Assembly (NCBI GenBank): GCA_963752505.1
Contig: CAVVYM010000001.1
Coordinates: 87,411 to 151,410 of the forward strand
Direction of reading: 5' to 3'
DNA from: an uncultured Actinomycetes bacterium
GTDB taxonomy: Bacteria; Actinomycetota; Actinomycetes; S36-B12; UBA10799
DNA length: 64,000 bases
Positions 55,798 through 63,959 of this stretch are shown here, piece by piece (position 1 is the stretch's first letter; each line of letters begins with the position of its first letter). Position numbers and translations under genes: made by a program. The notes under the pieces are model-generated. The model saw only the letters and a program-made list of their open reading frames with translations. It was not told the DNA's origin and made no database searches.

Positions 55798-58298
55798 TCA
55801 GGAGGCTGGCACCAAGTTCACCAGTTTGGGTGCCCGCACAATCGTGCGTGCGACCTCCCGACCGGCGAGGGCCTTGACCACCGAGGGATCCGTCAGCGCC
55901 AGCGCCTCCAGTTCGTCAGTGCTGATCTGCGGACTCACCCTCAGGCGCGCCTTCACCTTGCCCGCCACCTGCACGATGCAGGTGACCTCGTCCGCGCACG
56001 AGGAGCGCCGGATCGACCTGCGGCCAGCCGGCCCGGGCCACCGAGGGGCTATGCCCGAGCCGTGCCCACATGTCCTCCGCCGTGTAGGGCGCGACCAGCG
56101 AGAGCAGGATCGCCACCGCCTCAACCGCTTCGCGCACCGCCGGGTCGTGCGGTCCGGGGCCTGAGTCGATGGCCTTGCGCGCGGCGTTGACCAACTCCAT
56201 GACCTCGCGCCACGGCGACGTTGAACCGATAGGCGTCGATCGCCTGAGCGGCATCGTCGATCGAGCCGGTGCGCGATCGTGCGCAGCGTGATGTCACCGG
56301 TCGTGGCGTCCGCGCCGGGTGGGCTCTGGACTCCTGCGGCCAGCCGCCACGCCCGCGCGAGGAACCGATTCGAACCTGCCGGGGACACATCGGCCCAGTC
56401 GATGTCGTCCTCGGGCGGCCCGGCGAACACCATCGTCAGCCGGATCGCGTCGACCCCGTGCTGCGGCCAGTTCGTCGGAGAGGCGCACCAGGTTGCCCCG
56501 CGACTTGCTCATCGCCGAACCATCCATGACCACCATGCCCTGGTTGAGCAGGCGGGTGAACGGTTCGTCGAAGTCGACCAGGCCCATGTCGTGCAGCACC
56601 TTGGTGAAGAACCGCGCGTACAGCAGGTGCAGGATCGCGTGCGTCACGCCACCGACGTACTGGTCGACCGGCATCCAGCGTCGCGCCTGGCCGGCGTCGA
56701 ACGGGCCCGTCGTCCTTGCGCGGGTCGAGGTAGCGCAGGAAGTACCAGGAGGAGTCGACGAAGGTGTCCATGGTGTCGGTGTCCCGCTGCGCGGTCCCAC
56801 CGCACTTCGGGCAGGCCACGTCCGCCCAGTCGGTTGCTGCACCCAGCGGCGACGTGCCCTTCGGCTTGAGATCCAGACCCTCGCTGCCGGGCAGCCGCAC
56901 CGGCAGCTCGGTCACCGGCACCGGCGACCTCACCGCACTGCTCGCAGTGGACGATCGGGATCGGGGTGCCCCAGTAGCGCTGCCTCGAGATCAGCCAGTC
57001 GCGCAGGCGGTAGTTGACTGCGGCCTCGGCCGGTGCCCCGCTCGTCCAGGACCGCGATGATCCGGGCGATCGCCTCAGCCTTGTCGAGTCCGTCGAGCGG
57101 GCCGGAGTTGACGTGCCGGCCGTCGTCCGCGGTCGCCTCCCCCGTCGCGGTCGGGGTCCGTCGTCCGGTTCGACCACGACCCGCACCGGCAGGTCGAAGG
57201 CCCGAGCGAAATCGAGGTCTCGCTGGTCGTGCGCTGGCACCGCCATGATCGCCCCGGTGCCGTAGTCGGCCAGACGTAGTCGCTGGCGTAGACCGGGATC
57301 TGTTCACCGTTGACGGGTTGATGGCATAGCGCTCGAGGAACACACCCGTCTTGGGCCGGTCCGTGGCGAGTCGTTCGATATCGCTCGTCGCGCGAACCTG
57401 CTCAACGTAGGCGGCGAACTCCGCTTCGGCGGGCGTGCCCGCGGCCAGTTCCGCCGCCAGGTCGCTGTCGGCCGCCACCACGAAGAATGTCGCGCCGTAC
57501 AGCGTGTCCGGTCGGGTGGTGAAGACCGTCACCGGCTCGTCGCGACCTCGAATGGCGAACTCCACCTCGGCGCCCTCGGAACGGCCGATCCAGTTGCGCT
57601 GCATCGACAGGACCTTGTCCGGCCAGGCGGCCTCCAGTTGCGCCATGTCCTCTAGCAGGCGGTCGGCGTAATCGGTGATCCGCAAGTACCACTGCGTGAG
57701 CTTGCGCTTGGTCACGGCCGTGTCGCAGCGCTCGCACTTGCCGTCGACGACCTGCTCGTTGGCCAGCACGGTCTGGCAGTTCGGGCACCAGTTGACGTTG
57801 GAGGCCTTGCGGTAGGCCAGTCCGCGCTCGAACATCTGCAGGAAGAGCCACTGGTTCCAGCGGTAGTACTCCGGGTCGCAGGTGTTGAGCGATGCGATCC
57901 CAGTCGAACGAACACGCGTAGCGGCGCATCGAGGCGCGCTGCGTGGCGATGTTCTCGTAGGTCCAGGCCGCTGGATCAACGCCGCGCTTGATGGCGGCGT
58001 TCTCGGCAGGGAGGCCGAAGGCGTCCCAACCGATGGGGTGCAGCACGTTGTAGCCGCGCTGCACCCAGTAGCGAGCCAACACATCGCCGAGGGCGTAGGC
58101 CTCCGCGTGCCCCATGTGCAGGTCGCCGGAGGGGTAGGGGAACATGTCGAGCACGTACTTCGTCGGCCGATCGTCATCCGGGTTGCCGGAACGAAAAGGC
58201 GCAATCTGGTCCCACACAGGCAGCCACCGCTCTTGCAGGGCGTGCGGATCGAACGAGGATGCGAGGAAGCCGGCGTCGGCATCTGTATAAGTACTCAT
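55798..58298 (-). pseudogene. leuS: Leucine--tRNA ligase, fragmented over about eleven frame switches (pseudogene or assembly indels)
   Basis: HIGH ([11 protein letters not shown]), [62 protein letters not shown] (AMSKSRGN), [13 protein letters not shown] and the C-terminal [13 protein letters not shown] are all present. They are distributed over ORFs 57402..58298, 56930..58282, 56644..57246, 56436..56933, 56294..56842, 56121..56390, 55916..56254 and 55798..56433. Confidence 0.85.
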
Positions 58299-58408
58299 AG
58301 CCGTCCCAGGCTATCCCTGGGCTACTCAGGTCCACCCATGCAGTTGGCCTCTCGGCCGAGCTCGGGCCGTAGGATGCGGTCCGTGCTGTTGCCGGCGGGC
58401 GGATTGGG

Positions 58409-59170
58409 ATGGGAATGCTGCTAGGAACCCTTGAGTACCAGGTGCACCGGATCGCCGGCTGGCCTCGACAGCAACTGCTTCGACATCGGGAGCGGCACAA
58501 ACCTCAGCACGTCATCGACATGCTGGAGGCAACGCGCTTCCGACGCCCGGCCTATGACTTCATCGTTGCCATGATGGTGAATCCATCGATCTTGTACGAC
58601 TTCGATTTGAGTACCGACGATCTCGCCGTCGACGTGGGCGCATTCGAAGGGGAATGGGCAAGTCGAATCAGTGACACCTACGGATGCACTGTCGACGCCT
58701 TCGACTTGAGCCCGCGATTCAACGAGCCGCTCGCAGCCGTGGCGGACTCCCATCCCAAAGTGCAGGTCCACCATGTCGGTCTCGGCGCCGCCGACGAGTT
58801 GGTACGAGTCTCGAAGAAGAGCATGGGTTCGTCCGCCTTCGCCCATCCAGGGGATTCCTCCGACCAGGTCTGGGATGAGGCGCGGATCCGAGACGTCGCC
58901 GGTGTCTGGGACGAACTCGGCTGGACCCGAGTGGCTGCGATGAAGATGAACATCGAAGGCGGCGAATACGATCTACTCGAGCGCCTGATCGCGACCGGGC
59001 TGCATGCCCGCGTGGACGCCTTCACCATCCAGTTCCACGAGTGGTTACCCGACGCCTACCGGCGTCGCCGACGTATCCGAAAAGCGCTCAATCAGACGCA
59101 CGTATGCGACTGGAACTACCCCTTCATTTGGGAGAAATGGTCACGTCGCCGGAACCAGCAGCGGCAGTGA
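58409..59170 (+). CDS. FkbM-family methyltransferase (paralog 1, intact)
   Basis: DVGAFEGEWASRISDTYGCTVDAFDLSP, VGLGAADE, and MKMNIEGGEYDLLERLIATG...IQFHEW, typical of Methyltransf_21/FkbM. Confidence 0.8.
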   Translation: MGMLLGTLEYQVHRIAGWPRQQLLRHRERHKPQHVIDMLEATRFRRPAYDFIVAMMVNPSILYDFDLSTDDLAVDVGAFEGEWASRISDTYGCTVDAFDLSPRFNEPLAAVADSHPKVQVHHVGLGAADELVRVSKKSMGSSAFAHPGDSSDQVWDEARIRDVAGVWDELGWTRVAAMKMNIEGGEYDLLERLIATGLHARVDAFTIQFHEWLPDAYRRRRRIRKALNQTHVCDWNYPFIWEKWSRRRNQQRQ

Positions 59171-59202
59171 GGCAACGATTCCTATCTGGGCTACGTGGTA
59201 GG

Positions 59203-59784
59203 TCATGTGCACCCCCACGCGTAGTTGCGGCCGCTCTGGACGAATCGAGTCCACCCAAGGATAGTGTCTGACGCTACAAACAGCGCGGCTGCGGCGGCCA
59301 GTGGCCAGGTGTTAGTAGCGAAGGCCGCCACTGCCATCAAGCTCAAGAGAACTTGATAGATAGACACCACCTGTCCCATCGCAATGTTCCGCTGGGAGGC
59401 AGCTACCGTGATGCGCCGGCCGACGGTGAACATCAGAACCAGCGCCAACGCGATCCCGATCGTCATCCCGATGCCCGGCTGCGCGTAGGGGAGCCAGCCG
59501 ATGATGTACAGCAGATGCCCGACCGCGAATGCAGCCGCCCCCGGCACGAACTTGCCCAGCATCAGCCCGACATCGCCAGCAAGACCTGCTGCTTGGGCCC
59601 CGACCGTGAATAGGCGCAAAGCCATCGGGATATCAGGCAACGTGAGCGTCGCTGCGATCAACACCACCATTACTGCCGGCTTGAAGGTGTAGACCAAACG
59701 ATCCCGCCCGCCGGCGACCCCGACCCAATCGATTGCCGCTGCCACGAACGCCACGATGAGAAGCGCAATCGTGGTGGTTGTCAT
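59203..59784 (-). CDS. YhhN-family lysoplasmalogenase-like membrane protein
   Basis: 193 aa polytopic. Contains FKPAVMVVLI, GLAGDVGLM, AFAVGHLLYI, FVASDTILGW. ATG 59784 is preceded by GAGGAGG. Confidence 0.75.
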   Translation of the reverse strand: MTTTTIALLIVAFVAAAIDWVGVAGGRDRLVYTFKPAVMVVLIAATLTLPDIPMALRLFTVGAQAAGLAGDVGLMLGKFVPGAAAFAVGHLLYIIGWLPYAQPGIGMTIGIALALVLMFTVGRRITVAASQRNIAMGQVVSIYQVLLSLMAVAAFATNTWPLAAAAALFVASDTILGWTRFVQSGRNYAWGCT

Positions 59785-59798
59785 GAGACCTCCTCGTA

Positions 59799-60560
59799 CT
59801 AGTCGGATCCCACCGCGTTCGGCGTACCTCGTTCGGCGAGTCTGCCCGCCAGCATTGCACCCACGGCGGTACCCACCGCCTCGTGGCTGCGCCACGACCA
59901 GTGCATGCCGTCAGGGTTGGCCGTACCGTCCAGCAGTGACGGCCAGATCAACGGGTCGACATCAAGGAAGTGCAGGCCAAGAGCCCTAGCCGCATCTTGG
60001 GCAGCCACCACTGCCGGCCCGTGGCTCCTGGTAGCGGGGTAGTCGCGCGCAGCAAAGGGCGCGGGTCCGAGCAGCAGGATGGGCAGGTTTCCGCGGTAGT
60101 ACCGAATACCCCCGACGATCCGCGCGAGGTAGGAGTCTGTGGCTGATTGCGGCAACTGCCGGAACGGTCCACCCGTCGCCCGCATGACCTTCGGAGCCGC
60201 GATTCGGTAGGTTTGCCGGAGCCGGCGTCGCCAGGAGCCGGGGCGTACGTAGGCAATTCCCTCCCGCAGGTAGGTTGGGATTGCTGCTGGGAGTTGATCC
60301 ATTCCTCCCAGCGCGATCACGACGGCGTCAGCCTGCGGGAGAACTTCGCCCCAGCAGCGTGGGTCCTTGGTGAGTGCCCACCACCCGTCTCGCATTGTCC
60401 ACCCCAGCCGCGCAACCAGGTCAATTCGAGCGTCAACACCACAGTGCGCAAGCTCCACCGCAACCATCCGGGGCCATAGCCGGGCGTCGTGAGGCATCTC
60501 GGCTCGTTCCGGACCGTGATAGGTCAACGAGTCTCCGAGAACCAAGACGTTAACACTCAC
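59799..60560 (-). CDS. SGNH/GDSL hydrolase family protein
   Basis: Block I VLVLGDSLT and block V DGMHW. Lies 15 bp upstream of, and co-oriented with, the YhhN gene. Confidence 0.8.
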   Translation of the reverse strand: MSVNVLVLGDSLTYHGPERAEMPHDARLWPRMVAVELAHCGVDARIDLVARLGWTMRDGWWALTKDPRCWGEVLPQADAVVIALGGMDQLPAAIPTYLREGIAYVRPGSWRRRLRQTYRIAAPKVMRATGGPFRQLPQSATDSYLARIVGGIRYYRGNLPILLLGPAPFAARDYPATRSHGPAVVAAQDAARALGLHFLDVDPLIWPSLLDGTANPDGMHWSWRSHEAVGTAVGAMLAGRLAERGTPNAVGSD

Positions 60561-60692
60561 ATGCTCACCCTAGGAGGCGGCTCGTTCGGCGCCGGACCGT
60601 ACCCGGCGCAACGTCTGCAGACACTCCCGGTCAGTATGACCAGCCGGGCGGGCCGCGGGCAGTAGGTTGGGACCTGTGAATAGGATGTTCCG

Positions 60693-61463
60693 GTGACCGA
60701 AACGCCGCGCCGGCTGCGCGGGTTCCGTCGCCCCACCGAATACGACATACGCCGATTGCTCGGCACCCCACGGAAGTGGGTCATGCGCCGCAAAGAGCGG
60801 GACCAGGATCCGCTCGCGATCGCCTTCTTGAGGCGGGGCGCTACCGCAAGGCGCAGTATCGGTTCATCGCACGGCGCATCGATGAACCCGAGATCCTTTA
60901 CACCTGTGACAATCTGACCGAAGACTCGTTGGCCGTCGACGTCGGGGCTTTCGAAGGCCTCTGGAGCACCAGCGTGTCGGCACGCTACGGGTGCAAAATC
61001 GACGCTTTCGAACTCAGTCCAGAATTCTTCGGCGTCATGGCTGACGTGGCCGAGGAGTTCCCGGGAGTGCGGTCGCACGAGTATGGCCTTGGAGGGCGAG
61101 ACGAGACTGTGCGGGTCTCGCAAACGCACATGGGCTCCTCAGTGTTCATCAATCCGGTGACCGGCGAGGACGTCGACTGGATCGACGCGCAGATTCGGGA
61201 CGTGGCTGAGGTCTGGTCGGAACTCGGCTGGGATCGCGTTGCGGTGATGAAGATCAACATCGAAGGTGGCGAATACGACCTACTCGATCGACTCATCGAG
61301 ACCGGGCTTCACACGCGAGTGGATTGCCTCTTCATCCAGTTCCATGAGTGGATCCCCAACGCCTACGCCCGGCGCCGACGAATCCGTAAGCACCTGCGAC
61401 ACACCCACGAGGAACAGTGGGGCTACCCCGTGGGTGTGGGAGAAGTGGGTGCTCAAGGCCTAA
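60693..61463 (+). pseudogene. FkbM-family methyltransferase (paralog 2) with two frameshifts (about 60830 and about 61425)
   Basis: N-terminus in ORF 60693..60917 (…DPLAIAFL), body in ORF 60776..61681 (EAGRYRKAQYRF…DVGAFEGLW…MKINIEGGEYDLLDRLIETG…FHEW), C-terminus WVWEKWVLKA* in ORF 61266..61463. The order is colinear with paralog 1. Confidence 0.75.
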
Positions 61464-61484
61464 CCGGCCCGGCCGCGGGAAGCA

Positions 61485-62180
61485 TCACCCGGCCAGTCCC
61501 GTGGACACCTGCAGCCGGATTCCAAGGTCTTCATAGGCGCGATGTTGAAGTTCGACAAAGTCGCCTTCGTCCCAGGGCTGCAGCACGGCAACGCCTACTA
61601 CCAGCGCTGGCAGCTCGACGTCAGCCGGGGCCATGGCTGCCATCTGCGCGACTAGCCGGGCTTCGACTGTGGATGGGGTGAACCCTGGCCCCTTGCCGAC
61701 CACCATGATCGTGTCCTCATCGACTCGGCCGACCGCGTCACCCGATCGGAAGACCAATTCGGAGGCCTCCGCCACTGAGATCATGTCCTCGTCGGTGAGT
61801 CCCGCCGGCCCACTCGAATCGGGCGACATCACCCTCACCAGGCAAGCGCTCACGGCGTCGGAATCGCGTCGGGCGATATGTACGATTCGCTGCCCGACGA
61901 GGGCTATTCCTTCGCCACTCAATAGCCCGGTGACCTCATCAAACAATGCGAAGCGCTCGAATCGCGCCTCGGCGTCGGCGAGTGCGCGCCGGAACCCGCG
62001 ACGCTCCACAAGAGCCAGTGTCCATCCGGCCGCGGCCACCAACGCCAGCCCCCCGCCGCCAACACACAGCCTGCGCGCGCATCCATCATGCGTGCAGTTT
62101 GCCAGGACCAACTCCGCAGCGGGGGACGGTGCGACAGACTGATACCCGCAAATCAAGTAGCCTGCGACTAGCAACGGCAC
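61485..62180 (-). CDS. Membrane-anchored degenerate GGDEF-domain protein (A-site lost, RxxD I-site retained)
   Basis: FDEVTGLLSGEGI corresponds to DPLTGLxNRR. RSGDAVGRVDEDTIMVV corresponds to RxxD-x5-GGDEF. Start (GTG 62180) is uncertain. The ORF-track N-terminal GRSRLRGLGRRA repeats are the antisense shadow of the neighbouring repeat. Confidence 0.6.
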   Translation of the reverse strand: MPLLVAGYLICGYQSVAPSPAAELVLANCTHDGCARRLCVGGGGLALVAAAGWTLALVERRGFRRALADAEARFERFALFDEVTGLLSGEGIALVGQRIVHIARRDSDAVSACLVRVMSPDSSGPAGLTDEDMISVAEASELVFRSGDAVGRVDEDTIMVVGKGPGFTPSTVEARLVAQMAAMAPADVELPALVVGVAVLQPWDEGDFVELQHRAYEDLGIRLQVSTGLAG

Positions 62181-62194
62181 TACTGGATGGGGCC

Positions 62195-63223
62195 ATGGAC
62201 GAGAACGCACCACAACCTGGGCACATGTCCGACGACGGGCAGTGGGTCTGGACCGGCGATCAGTGGGCACCCACCGGCGCCGAGGAGGCCTCCGGGGGTG
62301 TCGCCTACTCCGAAGCAGCCGATCCCCCATACGCGACTGAGCCCGTTGCCTATGCCCCGGAATCGGCTGAGCAAGGCGACTACTACGCCCAGCCGTACGG
62401 CCAGGACCCCGCAACCGGCTACGCCCAGCCCTACAGCCAGGACCCCGCAACCGGCTACGCCCAGCCCTACGGCCAAGACCCCGCAACCGGCTACGCCCAG
62501 CCCTACGGCCAAGACCCCGCAACCGGCTACGCCCAGCCCTACGGCCAAGACCCCGCAACCGGCTACGCCCAGCCCTACGGCCAAGACCCCGCAACCGGCT
62601 ACGCCCAGCCCGGACTAACACCGGAGTCTGGCTGGCGCTGGGACGGTCAGCAGTGGGTGCCGGTTGCCGCGGGCGCGATGCCGCCCCCTGCCGCCAACCC
62701 CGCCAAGAAGCAGCCCAACCTGCTGCTCATCGGGGGCCTAGTGGCGGTGGTGCTGATACTGGGGTTGATAGCGGTGTGGCTCCTCACCCGAGGCTCAAGT
62801 TCATCGACGTCAACGACCCCGGCGGCGACAGCCACCGCGTCTGTTCAGCCGACCAACCCGGCATCGCCCTCCGTTGACGTTTCGCCGACTTTCGATCCAT
62901 CCGCGTCGAGTGCCCCGACGGTGTTCGGGTCGCCGGGCAGCACATCGGATCCCCTGAGCCCCCAGGCCACGTCGACCGGGCCTCTCACCGTGGATCAGGC
63001 TGCGGCTGCGGTCAACTGGAGCCGCTTCTCCCCCGGGGTTCAAGCCAAGGTTGATGCGGCCGCCGCTTCTGGCAACTGCGCCGAACTGCAGACCCTGCGT
63101 CAGACTGCACAAAGCAACAGCGCTTCAGTGCTCGCCAGCACTGGCCAAGGCACAGAGGACCTCGTTGCCTACATCGAGGCGCAAGAGCGCGCCGTAGGCT
63201 GCGCCGCAGCCCCCGCGCCCTAG
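62195..63223 (+). CDS. Single-pass membrane protein with an N-terminal YAQPYGQDPATG tandem repeat and an S/T/P-rich linker
   Basis: MDENAPQPGHMSDDGQWVWTGDQWAP..., the (YAQPYGQDPATG) repeats, GWRWDGQQWVPV, TM LLLIGGLVAVVLILGLIAVWLL, an STP-rich linker and a Cys-containing C-terminal domain. Confidence 0.7.
   Translation: MDENAPQPGHMSDDGQWVWTGDQWAPTGAEEASGGVAYSEAADPPYATEPVAYAPESAEQGDYYAQPYGQDPATGYAQPYSQDPATGYAQPYGQDPATGYAQPYGQDPATGYAQPYGQDPATGYAQPYGQDPATGYAQPGLTPESGWRWDGQQWVPVAAGAMPPPAANPAKKQPNLLLIGGLVAVVLILGLIAVWLLTRGSSSSTSTTPAATATASVQPTNPASPSVDVSPTFDPSASSAPTVFGSPGSTSDPLSPQATSTGPLTVDQAAAAVNWSRFSPGVQAKVDAAAASGNCAELQTLRQTAQSNSASVLASTGQGTEDLVAYIEAQERAVGCAAAPAP
62384..62611. repeat. 36-bp in-frame tandem repeat, about 6.3 units (last four units identical)
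   Basis: TACGCCCAGCCCTACGGCCAAGACCCCGCAACCGGC units at 62384, 62420, 62456, 62492, 62528 and 62564, plus a partial unit. Confidence 0.9.
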
Positions 63224-63257
63224 TGGCTGGCTGTTTGGTCTCCACCTGACAAGCAAC

Positions 63258-63959
63258 ATGAACCTTCGAGATGCGGCCCGGACTGCCGAACTGTCACCCG
63301 ACGCCCGGGTGCGATACCTGGGCGCGGCAGCTGCTGTCCTGGGGCCGGTCACGGCAGTCGTCGCGGTCTTCTACGCCCTTCTTGCGGTTTCTCACCTTGT
63401 CGTCCTCGAGGGTTCGGCCGGACAGATCATGTCAGCGACCGCGGCCGCCACAGCCGTGTTCATCGGCGCCCTTTCCGCCTGGTGGTATCGGCTTCGGCAG
63501 GGGCTTCGCTTTGCCAACCTCCTCCTGACCCTCGTGTTGGTGCTCGCCTTCGCCAACTCCGGACTTCACCTCTACCTCACCGACCAGATCATCCAGACCA
63601 CCAACTTCATGCTCGTCATCATTGCCTGCGGCCTGGGGCTGATGAGCACGCCCTGGAACGTCGCAGCAACCACCGTTGGCTGGCTGATGTGGGCCGCCGC
63701 ACTGTTAGGCGTAGCGAGCCTCGATGCCACACATTGGCTGTTCTCCATGCTGATGGCCACCTTTGTCGGCCAGCTGGGTCGCTACGGCCGTCGCCGCAGC
63801 CTCGACACGGCCGCCGCCGCCTACCAGCAGATCGGGGAATTGAGCCTTCGAGACCCGCTCACCGGCCTTTCGAATCGGCGAGGACTCCAACTCCGGGGCT
63901 CCGACCTCGTTGCGGTGGCGCGCCATACGGCCAGCGCTTCTACGCGGCTCTCGAGGTAG
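63258..63959 (+). CDS. Polytopic membrane protein with the beginning of a GGDEF domain (apparently truncated or frameshifted; continues past the window)
   Basis: About 6 TM segments, then LRDPLTGLSNRRGL. The ORF stops at 63959, but GGDEFAVV is encoded in another frame at 63977-64000. Confidence 0.6.
   Translation: MNLRDAARTAELSPDARVRYLGAAAAVLGPVTAVVAVFYALLAVSHLVVLEGSAGQIMSATAAATAVFIGALSAWWYRLRQGLRFANLLLTLVLVLAFANSGLHLYLTDQIIQTTNFMLVIIACGLGLMSTPWNVAATTVGWLMWAAALLGVASLDATHWLFSMLMATFVGQLGRYGRRRSLDTAAAAYQQIGELSLRDPLTGLSNRRGLQLRGSDLVAVARHTASASTRLSR

Noticed and set aside
62384-62611. Possible CRISPR array (regular 36-bp repeats).
   Set aside because: The repeats are directly adjacent with no spacers, are in frame within a coding sequence, and no cas genes are present.
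62180-62621. N-terminal extension of ORF 61485..62621 with (GRSRLRGLGRRA)n repeats.
   Set aside because: It is the antisense reading of the 36-bp YAQPYGQDPATG repeat of the plus-strand gene. The plus-strand reading has a start, a TM segment and a coherent architecture, so the minus gene most likely starts near 62180.
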